Source: a virus (lineage: Duplodnaviria; Caudoviricetes). From it: a stretch of 33,252 bases of DNA. Shown in pieces: positions 1-8,645 of this stretch. How positions within the stretch are numbered: position 1 is the stretch's first letter; each line of letters begins with the position of its first letter. The notes beneath the pieces were generated by a model, which worked only from the letters and a program-made list of their open reading frames with translations, had not been told where the DNA came from and made no database searches. Where the stretch lies: IMG/VR virus record IMGVR_UViG_3300037307_000611, positions 1-33,252 of that record; one strand, 5' to 3'. Both the position numbers and the translations under genes were made by a program.

Positions 1-31
1 AAGCGCACGTTATCCCCCTCGAAGAGCTCCA

Positions 32-40
32 TGCTATAAT
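32..40 (+). promoter_or_regulatory. Putative extended -10 promoter element (TGCTATAAT)
   Basis: TGnTATAAT consensus 11 nt upstream of ATG 52, flanked by two GAGCTC hexamers (24-29, 45-50). The same 9-mer recurs at 25867. Confidence 0.5.
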
Positions 41-51
41 GACAGAGCTCT

Positions 52-324
52 ATGGATACTCGTATGTTTGAGAAGATCGTGGATAAGGCCACGAACGGAA
101 TAGCGCCGGGGCACGGCTGGGGACCTTTCGAGATCCCCTGCCCAGACTGCGGCCATCTCAACCGCGTCGTCATGAAGCTGTACACCTATGACTTCACGTA
201 CTGCGAAAAATGCGACGGCAAGTTCGAGATGGCCTGGCTCCCGGGCGATTGCGACATTCCGTGCGACGGCCCTTGGCTGGTACCAGTGGGGTGGGAAACA
301 GCTGCGATCTTATCGAACAACTAG
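52..324 (+). CDS. Small zinc-ribbon protein (90 aa)
   Basis: Two CxxC pairs (CPDC, CEKC); GC-rich codon usage. Confidence 0.6.
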   Translation: MDTRMFEKIVDKATNGIAPGHGWGPFEIPCPDCGHLNRVVMKLYTYDFTYCEKCDGKFEMAWLPGDCDIPCDGPWLVPVGWETAAILSNN

Positions 325-478
325 ATGCTCCGATACAAACGACTACTCAGATTTATCCAGTTAGCTGTTGTTCTGGTGGTACTCCCGCGGGCTGCGTCCT
401 TCCTTTCCCTGTTGGGAGGCGAGCCAGGCTTTGACATTCACGACCTGATCCGCCTAAATTCATCGTCTCAAGCCGCTC

Positions 479-498
479 ATCTTCTGACATCGGAACAT
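479..498. repeat. Dispersed palindrome copy 1: ATCTTCTGA-CA-TCGGAACAT
   Basis: Matches ATCTTCYGA-NN-TCRGAAGAT; lies just upstream of the terminase start. Confidence 0.75.
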
Positions 499-544
499 GG
501 TGTTCGCCCGGCCGAACAGAAACGGCGCATTATCGAGGGGCTAG

Positions 545-2068
545 GTGGCAATTCTAACCAAAGCTGACGAGACCATCCTGCCGATGGCGCTCAGGCAAAA
601 CGGAGGCTTTGCCAAGGCCACCGAGTGGTACCTGATGGGCTGGAAACCGCTGCCCTATCAGTACGCCTGGCATCACGTCCTGCACCTGAACGCAACCTGC
701 ATTGGCGGCGTGGCGGTCGGCAAGACCACTATGGAGGCGGCCTCCAACACGATCGACTGTCTGACCATCCCCCATTTCAAAGCCTTGAATACCAGCGTGA
801 CGGCCAAGCAGGCCGAGCTGCCGTTCATGATGTTCATGAGCTGGTATGAGGGGAATAAAAATCTCGCTCATCTCGTTCGGGATATTCGGCTCAGACCCTG
901 GCCGATCGTGACCTTCGAGAACTTCGCCACCTACGAGTTCAGAACCGCAGGTCTGGACGCCCGCTTTATCCGCGGCTTCGAGTACGACCGCATCAACTAC
1001 GACGAGTGCGCCCTGGATCCCCTGGGGAGGACCGCAGAAGTCTTACGCACCCGCCTGCGTGGCACCCGGCCGAATGGCGAGACCAGAATGGCCAGGCTGG
1101 ATACCGTTACTTCTCCTGGGGCGGTCCTGTGGCTGAAAGAGCGCTTCGAGAAGGGCTTCCGCCCAGAAGACAAGCGCCTGTACTTTTCCATGCGCATCAA
1201 GACCTGGGACAACACACATTTAACCCAGGATCAGATCGACGCCATGATGGCGGAAATGCCGCCCGAGATCGTGGCCGTCGAGATGGGCGCCGAGTGGCCC
1301 AACTACGGCAGCGCCTACTTCCCCGAGCGCTACGTCGACATCGCTATCGACCAGGACCTGTACGACGACTGCTACATCTCGCTCAACCCAGAGAATGAAG
1401 GGGAAAAGCCAAAACTCGGCTATGAGCTGGAGGAAGACGCCCGCATCGGGACTACCAAGTTCTCCCTGCCCTACATTCCAGGCAACCGCTACATCATCGC
1501 CGGGGACCCGGGTAAGGGCAACCCGCCTCACCGGAACGCCGGCGTAGTCCTGGTGGCTGACGTCACCCAAAGACCTTATCGTATGGTCCATCTGAACTGG
1601 GTGGCCGGCAACGGCGCCATCCGGCCGTGGATCCAGGCGTACAAGAACGCCATCGACATCTACCAGCCCGAGCGCAAGGGGCTGGACGTAACCGGCACGC
1701 AGGAGTACATGGATGAGATCGCCTTCCAGGAGGCGGGCATCTCCACCGACGGCATCAGCTACTCGGCAGACAAGTACGGCATGCTCAACATGCTGCTCTA
1801 CGATCTCCAGTACAGCCGCTGGCGGGTGCCGCCCATTGCAGGGCTAATAAGGCAGACCAAGACCTACTCCCTGGAAGCCGACCGGGAAGACCGCGGCCTG
1901 GCGCAGGATTTGGTCACCACCTGGGCGCAGCTTTCCTGGCTGGCCAAGGATGTCCCCCGGGACGTCCCGGAAGTACGCACCGAACAGAGCAAATTGGACT
2001 ATGCCCGCAGGATGCGGCCGGTCGCCCGGGTCGGCCGCCACACGCCTACCGGCAGGAGGAGACGATGA
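545..2068 (+). CDS. terL: Terminase large subunit
   Basis: Walker A-like GGVAVGKTT, Walker B-like RINYDE, TWDNxHL motif, nuclease-domain IIAGDPG; GAGGGG RBS before GTG; upstream of portal. Confidence 0.88.
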   Translation: MAILTKADETILPMALRQNGGFAKATEWYLMGWKPLPYQYAWHHVLHLNATCIGGVAVGKTTMEAASNTIDCLTIPHFKALNTSVTAKQAELPFMMFMSWYEGNKNLAHLVRDIRLRPWPIVTFENFATYEFRTAGLDARFIRGFEYDRINYDECALDPLGRTAEVLRTRLRGTRPNGETRMARLDTVTSPGAVLWLKERFEKGFRPEDKRLYFSMRIKTWDNTHLTQDQIDAMMAEMPPEIVAVEMGAEWPNYGSAYFPERYVDIAIDQDLYDDCYISLNPENEGEKPKLGYELEEDARIGTTKFSLPYIPGNRYIIAGDPGKGNPPHRNAGVVLVADVTQRPYRMVHLNWVAGNGAIRPWIQAYKNAIDIYQPERKGLDVTGTQEYMDEIAFQEAGISTDGISYSADKYGMLNMLLYDLQYSRWRVPPIAGLIRQTKTYSLEADREDRGLAQDLVTTWAQLSWLAKDVPRDVPEVRTEQSKLDYARRMRPVARVGRHTPTGRRRR

Positions 2069-2102
2069 ACCGACATGCGGTTTTTACCAACTGGAGGAAA
2101 GC

Positions 2103-2336
2103 ATGATCTACATCTTCCGATGTCGGAAGTGTGGTGAAGTCAAAGAATACGAACTTGGGATGGACGACCCCCGGCCGACCGGGTGCAGCTGCGGCGGAAC
2201 CCTGGTGCGCAAATTCACCTCACCCAACGTGGTTTACCGCGGCTCGGGCTTTTACAACACAGACAAGCGGCTGACGCCTGTTCACCCGCTGGATTACGAC
2301 AGCACCGTACACACTCCAGCCGATTTGAAAGGATAA
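2103..2336 (+). CDS. FmdB-family zinc-ribbon protein (77 aa)
   Basis: MIYIFRCRKCG...CSCGG...YRGSGFYNTD pattern. Start placed at ATG 2103 after a GGAGG RBS rather than the ORF-track start. Confidence 0.8.
   Translation: MIYIFRCRKCGEVKEYELGMDDPRPTGCSCGGTLVRKFTSPNVVYRGSGFYNTDKRLTPVHPLDYDSTVHTPADLKG
2112..2131. repeat. Dispersed palindrome copy 2: ATCTTCCGA-TG-TCGGAAGTG
   Basis: Intragenic, encodes IFRCRK. Confidence 0.8.
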
Positions 2337-2339
2337 GCG

Positions 2340-2570
2340 ATGCCATTGACTGACGGAAAATGGATCCACCACAACGACTGCTACTGGTGCGTCAGCCACC
2401 AGGAGGTCCCGCTCGAGATCAAGAAAGGGCGGACGGTGCGCGTGCGCGAGCACTGCGGACTACACGACCGGCCGATCCCCCTGCCCGGCCAGCCCGGCAG
2501 GCACTGCCAGGGCTACGTTCAGAAGAACTGCGGCTGTATTACATGTGTTCCAAATGGTTTAAAGGATTGA
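2340..2570 (+). CDS. Cys/His-rich hypothetical protein (76 aa)
   Basis: AAAGGA RBS, several Cys clusters, tightly packed between neighbours. Confidence 0.65.
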   Translation: MPLTDGKWIHHNDCYWCVSHQEVPLEIKKGRTVRVREHCGLHDRPIPLPGQPGRHCQGYVQKNCGCITCVPNGLKD

Positions 2571-2573
2571 CAG

Positions 2574-2852
2574 ATGGAACAACCTGTGGTAAAGTATCTC
2601 GCAACACGACAAGAACTGGACCTTCTCGAGGTGATCGAGGAGATTGGCTATGGGGAATTCTACGGTGTGCAGAGCAGCCGGGAAGAACCAAGCCAGGCCG
2701 TTGAGATCACCCCGAAGACGAAGAACTTCCTCCTAGCACTCAAGAGGATCGGAAATTTCAGGAAGGTCATCGTTCATGATAGTGAACCCACGCAAGCCGA
2801 GCACCATGTCTGTATCAAGGGATACAGGGGACTTGCGAAAATGAGGTTCTAA
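2574..2852 (+). CDS. Hypothetical protein (92 aa), weak DUF2292/YezD-like pattern
   Basis: AAAGGA RBS; IEEIGYGE and KVIVHDSEP segments; directly precedes a terminator. Confidence 0.6.
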   Translation: MEQPVVKYLATRQELDLLEVIEEIGYGEFYGVQSSREEPSQAVEITPKTKNFLLALKRIGNFRKVIVHDSEPTQAEHHVCIKGYRGLAKMRF

Positions 2853-2870
2853 GCCCGACTGGTCGACCGG

Positions 2871-2902
2871 AGGGCCTGCGAAATGCAGGCCCTTTTTCTT
2901 TT
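2871..2902 (+). terminator. Intrinsic terminator before the portal gene
   Basis: AGGGCCTGC-GAAAT-GCAGGCCCT stem followed by TTTTCTTTT. Confidence 0.75.
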
Positions 2903-2918
2903 AAGACAAGGCAAAAAC

Positions 2919-4391
2919 ATGGATTTTCCGGATTGGTCGGATCTCAGCTCAGTAACGAGTGAAGAGGCCAGGAACATGTGGGAGGCTGAGATGAACCGGC
3001 TCAACCGCTGCGAGCACTACTACTCGGGCGGCGTATTCCTGGAGTACGCCGAGAAGGAGCGGCCGTCCGACCCCGACCTGCCCCTCTTCCCGGCGGGCAT
3101 TAACCTGGTCAAGTACTTTGCCACCGCCCTGTCCGACGCCATGTTTGGCGACTGGCCGGAGAAGCCCATTCAATTTGTCGGGACGGACTTCGACGGCACC
3201 GACAAGAAGGACCTGAAGGCCACCGAGCTGGCGGGCGCCATCATTGTAGAGAGCAACTTCCTCCCGCAGTTATGGGAGGCAGAGTTAGATCGAAACAAGT
3301 TTGGCGGCTGCGCCCTGCGGGTGATCGTCGACATGTCCAAGCCGCACCACATCCGCTGGGCCCGCGTCCACCGCAACGCCTTCTTCCCCATCTGGGACCC
3401 GGCCGACCCCGACAGCCTGCTGGAAGTCTGGGTCGTCACTAAGATGACGGTCGAGCAGATCAAGGCCAAGCTGAGAAAAGACGTCCGGGAGCCGCAGAAT
3501 TACTCCGAGCACTGGACGCTCGACAAGATTGAGGTCTTCCTCGGAGACGACCGCATCCACGCGGAACCCAACCCGTACGGGGTCATCCCGTTCGTTTACA
3601 TCCCCAGGCTGCGGTCCGAGAGCTGGTGGGGCGAGGGCATCACCGACGACGTCATCCCGCTGCAAGACGAGATCAACATGCGGGTTGCCGATATCGGGGA
3701 AGTCAGCTCAACCCAGGCGTTTCCGATCCTTTGGGGGAAAAACCTCCCACGCGGGTTTGACCGGGACAACTTCCCGCGCGGCGGCGACAAGATGTGGGAC
3801 CTCGGCCGGTCGGTCGGCGACAAAGAGCCCGAAGTCGGCATCCTGGAGACCAAGAACACCATCATGCCGACCATCCTGGAGACCACCCGCATGCTGCTGA
3901 AGTTCGCCCGGGACGGCGCCCAAACCCCATCCATCGCATTCGGAGACGACGAGGGCGGCGGGCAGCGTTCTGCCGACACCCTCGAGATGCGCATCCGCTC
4001 CATGCTGGCCGCAGTCAAGCGCAGCCGCGCCTACATGACCGCCGGCATCGTGCGCATGCTGGCCATCACGGCCGCCATCCTCAAGCAGAAGAAGTTCCCC
4101 GGCATCGAGGCCGGGGCGATCCACAAGCTGACACAGATCACCCCGGTATACGCCGAGATCCTGCCACGGCGCCAGCCCGAGCTGGTCGACGAGGTGGTCA
4201 AGCTGCTCTCAACCGATCCCCCGACCATCTCCTTGGAAACCGCCATCAGCCTACTGGGGAGGAACCCAGGACGCGAGCAGGAGCTGATCGCCGCCATGAT
4301 GAAAAACAAGGACATCTGGAAGCGCTACCAGGAGCCCTCCGAGAGCGAGAAGATGGCCGCCGAAGAGAAAAGGCCGGAGAAGCCCGGGTGA
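2919..4391 (+). CDS. Phage portal protein (SPP1 gp6-like)
   Basis: ~490 aa after terminase; YYSG, INLVKYF, PNPYGVIPFVYIP, LQDEIN and ISLETA motifs. Start set at ATG 2919 because the track start lies inside the terminator. Confidence 0.85.
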   Translation: MDFPDWSDLSSVTSEEARNMWEAEMNRLNRCEHYYSGGVFLEYAEKERPSDPDLPLFPAGINLVKYFATALSDAMFGDWPEKPIQFVGTDFDGTDKKDLKATELAGAIIVESNFLPQLWEAELDRNKFGGCALRVIVDMSKPHHIRWARVHRNAFFPIWDPADPDSLLEVWVVTKMTVEQIKAKLRKDVREPQNYSEHWTLDKIEVFLGDDRIHAEPNPYGVIPFVYIPRLRSESWWGEGITDDVIPLQDEINMRVADIGEVSSTQAFPILWGKNLPRGFDRDNFPRGGDKMWDLGRSVGDKEPEVGILETKNTIMPTILETTRMLLKFARDGAQTPSIAFGDDEGGGQRSADTLEMRIRSMLAAVKRSRAYMTAGIVRMLAITAAILKQKKFPGIEAGAIHKLTQITPVYAEILPRRQPELVDEVVKLLSTDPPTISLETAISLLGRNPGREQELIAAMMKNKDIWKRYQEPSESEKMAAEEKRPEKPG

Positions 4392-5143
4392 TCAAGATCG
4401 CCTTCCCGACCGACGAGCACTGCCCTTATCAAGACGACCGGGCCCGCAGCCTGGCCATGCAGATCACCAGAGACTTTGACCCGACATTGAGGGTCGCCGG
4501 GTCGGATGGACTGGACTTTTACAGCATATCGAAATACGACAAGAACCCCGAAAGAATTCGGGAGGGCGGCATCCAGACAGAAATCGACGAATGGGCCCGC
4601 TGCCAGCGCGAGTGGATTGACGCCTCGCCAAACGCCTCCGTTTACTTCTTGATCGGCAACCACGAGGACCGGTTACGGAGATGGCTGTGGCGTCACCCTG
4701 AGCTATATGGGCTTGATGCGCTGACCCTTCCAGTACTGCTGAAGTTTGCCCAACTGGGCATTCCGTGGAACAAGGAAGAGAACGCCCACCTCGAGCTGGA
4801 CGTCGCCAAGAAGCTGCTCCTCACACACGGCAAAGTGGTCCGAAAGCCCTCCGCCTACACAGCCAGGGCCGTACTTGAGGACGAGCACTACTCCCGGAAT
4901 GTTGTTTTTGGCCACTCGCACCGCGGTGGCACGCACATGGCGACGACCAGGGACGGCGTCGTGATTGCCCAGGAAGCATTTTGTCTTTGCCGGACAAACC
5001 CCGAATATGCCCTCAATCCAAATTGGCAGCAGGGCCTGGTGCTGATCGAAGTCGACGCTACCGCCTCCATTGACGCTATCCCGTTCCACCTGGCCAATGG
5101 AAAGCTGGTCGCCAGGTGGAGAGGCAAAGAATATCGAGCGTGA
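4388..5143 (+). CDS. Calcineurin-like metallophosphoesterase (251 aa)
   Basis: DxH (TDEH), GSDGLD, GNHE, THG and GHSH motifs; GTG start overlaps the portal stop (GTGA). Confidence 0.85.
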   Translation: MIKIAFPTDEHCPYQDDRARSLAMQITRDFDPTLRVAGSDGLDFYSISKYDKNPERIREGGIQTEIDEWARCQREWIDASPNASVYFLIGNHEDRLRRWLWRHPELYGLDALTLPVLLKFAQLGIPWNKEENAHLELDVAKKLLLTHGKVVRKPSAYTARAVLEDEHYSRNVVFGHSHRGGTHMATTRDGVVIAQEAFCLCRTNPEYALNPNWQQGLVLIEVDATASIDAIPFHLANGKLVARWRGKEYRA

Positions 5144-5162
5144 TCTTCTGACATCAGAAGAT
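5143..5162. repeat. Dispersed palindrome copy 3: ATCTTCTGA-CA-TCAGAAGAT
   Basis: Perfect 9-bp arms; intergenic, overlapping the upstream stop codon. Confidence 0.85.
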
Positions 5163-5232
5163 TTAGGGCGACGGAAGTCGCGCAGAAGCGCCCGCAAACG
5201 GGCAATAAGCCTATACAGAAAGGAAGCTACCG

Positions 5233-5502
5233 ATGGCCATTACTGCACAAGAGAAAGCCGCGATCCTGGCTGAAGTGGTAGGCGCCCGCAGCCAAGAGAA
5301 CCTGGGCGCTTTGATAGACGGCCTGAACACCGCCGTCGAGATTGCCGCCGAGGCTGCCAACGTCGCCGCAGTCGGCGCGCTGACCGCCGCCGCAGGCGAC
5401 GCCGATCACACCAATGTGGTTGCTGACCTGGCTACCCTGAAGACCGCAATTAACGCCATCCTGGCCAGCCTGAAGGCGGCCGGCCTGATGGCCAGCTCAT
5501 AA
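5233..5502 (+). CDS. Head fiber/decoration-like protein (89 aa)
   Basis: C-terminal VADLATLKTAINAILASLKAAGLMA helix typical of small phage head-fiber proteins; located in the head module. Confidence 0.6.
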   Translation: MAITAQEKAAILAEVVGARSQENLGALIDGLNTAVEIAAEAANVAAVGALTAAAGDADHTNVVADLATLKTAINAILASLKAAGLMASS

Positions 5503-5515
5503 GGAGAAATCACCC

Positions 5516-6160
5516 ATGACTGAAACTGTCGAAACCCCTGAGCAGCCGCAGCCGCCTGCTCAGCAGGAGCAGACACCCTCGCCATCACAGGGCGAGAACT
5601 GGGAAGCGCGCTACAAGGGACTGGTGTCCAAAGTAGAGCAGCTCGTGATCGCCAACAAGGATCTCACCACCCAGCTGGCCGAGGCCAGGTCTCAAGTCGA
5701 GCGCCTAAACGCGGACCTGGGGATGCGGGAGACCGAGAAGGCGGTCGCTGTGAGCGAGCGCGACCGGCAAATCCAAGACCTGGTGAGCAAGTCGTCCGAA
5801 GCGGAACGCGAACTGGCTGCCCTCAAAGCGCTGCAGCTCAAGGTCCAGGTTGCGACCGAGCTGGGCAGGCCGGAGCTTCTGGCCCTGGCCCAGCATATCC
5901 CGAACCTGACCGACAAAGATGCTCTTACGACGGTGATGTCCGACTTCGCCAAGTGGGGCGAGGCGGCCGTCAAGCAGCGCGAGCAGCAGCTAATGGCAGG
6001 CGTCACTTTTGCAGGCGGGGTCACCCCGCCCGCGGCCAGCACGCCGCAGAGCGACAGCGAGTTCAGGACCGCGATCGAGAGAGCCACCGATCCACGCGAG
6101 CGGGAGAAGCTCTTTAGCGACTACTACGCCTGGCTGAACGCACAACACACACGGAGGTAA
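5516..6160 (+). CDS. Capsid scaffolding protein
   Basis: Disordered P/Q/E N-terminus, WEARYKGL motif, long coiled coil; immediately before the capsid gene. Confidence 0.7.
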   Translation: MTETVETPEQPQPPAQQEQTPSPSQGENWEARYKGLVSKVEQLVIANKDLTTQLAEARSQVERLNADLGMRETEKAVAVSERDRQIQDLVSKSSEAERELAALKALQLKVQVATELGRPELLALAQHIPNLTDKDALTTVMSDFAKWGEAAVKQREQQLMAGVTFAGGVTPPAASTPQSDSEFRTAIERATDPREREKLFSDYYAWLNAQHTRR

Positions 6161-6162
6161 CA

Positions 6163-7422
6163 ATGGCTGTTTACGAGAGTGGAGCAATCTACTCCAGCAT
6201 GATCCCTGACTGGCAGCGCGACTTTTATAGCCTGGTGCTGCTCGACACTCTTCGCATGAAGAGCATCCTGGTTCCTTATTGCAAGGTGAAGACCGACTAC
6301 GGCGCTGCAGACAGCGGCGTGATCGTGTTCTCCGAAGTGTACGACATGGAGCCCAACATTAACGCCCTGTCCGAGAGCACGCTCTGGCTGCAGGGCGGCC
6401 ACCTGGGCAGCCGGACCGTCCGCATCCAGCTGGAAATCCATGGTGACATGTTAAAGTTTGGCGATTATTCCGAGGTCGTCACCTTCATCCGCAAGGGCGA
6501 CATCATGGGCCTGGTGCGCGACAAGATAGGTCAGAACCTTGTAGATTATTTGGATATTCTCGCGAGAAATGCCTTTGCGGATGTCCCCGCCAACTACAAG
6601 ACCTTCGGCTCGGACGCCGCCAACCGCGCCGGCATCGCCGCTGACGACTACCTGACCCTGGACCAGATCGGCTCGATGCGCGACGCGCTGGAAGACCTGG
6701 AGATCCCGGGCGTGGCTGCCGTCACCGACCAGGATATCAAGACCCTGGTCATGACCACCATCCCGCGGGTGGTCTCCGGCATCCGCAAGAACAACCTGAA
6801 GTGGCACGCCGCCCAGGAGTACGCCGGCGCTACTCGCTTGTTCAACGGCGAGATCGGCGAATGGGACGGCGTGCGCTTCGTGCGCACCAACCGCCTGCGC
6901 CTGTACAACGCCGGCGCAGTTGTGGCCCAGGACACGCTGAATGGCGCAACCGTGCCCGGCCAGGGCGCGGCCCGCACCGTCGACAGTGTGTACACGGTGG
7001 GCCAGAGCACGGCCACCCCCTACGTCACCGTGACCGACGAGACCGGCTTCACCGTCGGTATGAACGTCACCATCCACGACGCCGACCTGGGCGCCGCCGT
7101 ACTGGAGACGGACGGCACCGCCGAGACCCGCCGGGTGGTTGAAGTGGACGCGGTCAACCACCGCCTGAAATTCAACAAGCCCCTAATGAAGGCCCATGCG
7201 GACGGCGCCTACGTGACTAACGGTCGCGACGTCCACCTGAGCATCCTGCACGGCGGCCCATCGGTGGTCTACGGCGTGGCCGAGGCCCCGCACCCCATCG
7301 CTCCCCCGAAGTTCGACGACCTGATGATGGTCAACCGGTTTGGCTGGCGCGGATTTCTAAAATTTGCCCAATTTAGACCGGAATTTATCCAAGTTAACGA
7401 AGCCTCGGCGCCAACCGCCTAA
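6163..7422 (+). CDS. Major capsid protein (N4-gp56-like) with inserted beta-rich domain
   Basis: LFNGEIGEWDGVRFVRT, DILARNAF and terminal FGWRGF motifs; GGAGG RBS; position after the scaffold gene. Confidence 0.85.
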   Translation: MAVYESGAIYSSMIPDWQRDFYSLVLLDTLRMKSILVPYCKVKTDYGAADSGVIVFSEVYDMEPNINALSESTLWLQGGHLGSRTVRIQLEIHGDMLKFGDYSEVVTFIRKGDIMGLVRDKIGQNLVDYLDILARNAFADVPANYKTFGSDAANRAGIAADDYLTLDQIGSMRDALEDLEIPGVAAVTDQDIKTLVMTTIPRVVSGIRKNNLKWHAAQEYAGATRLFNGEIGEWDGVRFVRTNRLRLYNAGAVVAQDTLNGATVPGQGAARTVDSVYTVGQSTATPYVTVTDETGFTVGMNVTIHDADLGAAVLETDGTAETRRVVEVDAVNHRLKFNKPLMKAHADGAYVTNGRDVHLSILHGGPSVVYGVAEAPHPIAPPKFDDLMMVNRFGWRGFLKFAQFRPEFIQVNEASAPTA

Positions 7423-7431
7423 GGAGCAGCG

Positions 7432-8079
7432 ATGAGCACCTGGGGAGAACTCCTGGCCGACATCCGCGCCGACTTACGGGACACCGGGGAGACAAAACGC
7501 TGGACCGACGAGATGCTGTTCCTGTTCACAAAGGACGCCATCCGAGCCTACTCTGCCGACCTGCCGCTGTTCGTCTATCGAACGGAGCTTACTGCCAGTA
7601 GCGGTAAGTTCCAGCTGCCTTCCAACTTCCTGTCCGTCGTGACGGTCGAGCTGGAAGCGGGCGTCTACCTCGAGAAGTTCGATCCCCGGCCCGGCCGCCA
7701 GTTCATCCCCCAGGCGCGCCCCACACGCTTCTTCGTCTCGGCGGGGTATCTGCACCTGGATACCCCGCCTACGGACGGGGATACCGTCCTGCTCAGCTAC
7801 CGCGCCATGCACGATCTTCCGGCATCGGAAGATGACACAACTGCCGTAATGACCGTCCCTTCCGAGGACGAAGAGCTGATCCGCATCTATGTGCGAGCAA
7901 AGGTGGCCGAGCAGATGCGCTTAGCCCAGGCCTCGCTCGACCGCTTCAAGCCCGGCTCGGGGGATCGCGACGACAACCCGCTGATCCCCGAGTTCCGCCA
8001 GCTGATGGAGGAGTTCCACGCCCGCGTGGCGCAAAAGCTGGGCGGGGTGGTCACTATCTACCAGGCGAAGCGCAGATGA
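7432..8079 (+). CDS. Head-tail adaptor protein
   Basis: Follows capsid; LLADIRADLRD..RWTDEML and QLPSNFL pattern. Confidence 0.65.
   Translation: MSTWGELLADIRADLRDTGETKRWTDEMLFLFTKDAIRAYSADLPLFVYRTELTASSGKFQLPSNFLSVVTVELEAGVYLEKFDPRPGRQFIPQARPTRFFVSAGYLHLDTPPTDGDTVLLSYRAMHDLPASEDDTTAVMTVPSEDEELIRIYVRAKVAEQMRLAQASLDRFKPGSGDRDDNPLIPEFRQLMEEFHARVAQKLGGVVTIYQAKRR
7814..7833. repeat. Dispersed palindrome copy 4: ATCTTCCGG-CA-TCGGAAGAT
   Basis: Intragenic, encodes DLPASED. Confidence 0.8.
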
Positions 8080-8618
8080 ACAACCTGATCGTGCTCAAAG
8101 TCATCGAAGCCCTGCAGCAGGCCCTGATCAACGACCTCCCGGCCGACGATCCAACCCGGGCCGGGGTTGTTCAGAGAGGCCCGCTGCAAGGCGACCCAGA
8201 TCCCGACATCGCCCGCATCAGCGTCACCGTGCACGAGAACGACCCAGATGAGTTCTACACCGGGTCTGTGACGTCGATCAAGGGCAGCTGGGCTGACGAG
8301 ATCGCCGAGCTGGAAAGCGGGGAGGACGAGGGTGGGGCCATCTGGAACCGGCGCTTCACCGTCAAGGCCCGCGCCTTACTGGTGAACACCGGTGAAAGCC
8401 TGGCCTCCGCCGGGGAGATCGCCCAGGCCGTCAAGTCGCGCATCGAGAAGGCGCTGCTGCAGATCGACTGGTCCGGTGTCCGTTCGGAGGGCGAGTTCCT
8501 GTCGCGGCCGGTAGTGGCGACAACCATGAGATCCGATGCCGTGCAGGGCGGCGGGCCCGGCAGTTACGACTACCACATCAAGGTCCGCTTTGATGTGCAG
8601 ACAACCATGAACCTATAA
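8076..8618 (+). CDS. Putative tail terminator/neck protein
   Basis: ATGA overlap with the previous gene; size and position directly before the tail tube gene. Confidence 0.55.
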   Translation: MNNLIVLKVIEALQQALINDLPADDPTRAGVVQRGPLQGDPDPDIARISVTVHENDPDEFYTGSVTSIKGSWADEIAELESGEDEGGAIWNRRFTVKARALLVNTGESLASAGEIAQAVKSRIEKALLQIDWSGVRSEGEFLSRPVVATTMRSDAVQGGGPGSYDYHIKVRFDVQTTMNL

Positions 8619-8645
8619 GCGCAACATTGCGCAGGAGGTAATTCC

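Noticed and set aside
325-567. 80-aa ORF in frame after the TAG at 322-324 (small terminase or TAG readthrough)
   Set aside because: No RBS, atypical codons, no recognisable motif, and it overlaps the terminase start; not supportable.
2103-2852. Three small ORFs in one frame, each separated by a stop plus 3 nt (possible stop recoding)
   Set aside because: Each has its own RBS and ATG, and the stops differ (TAA, TGA).
3794-4387. N-terminal ~200 aa of the 449-aa ORF-track entry
   Set aside because: Arg/His-rich shadow frame over the portal; the real gene starts at GTG 4388.
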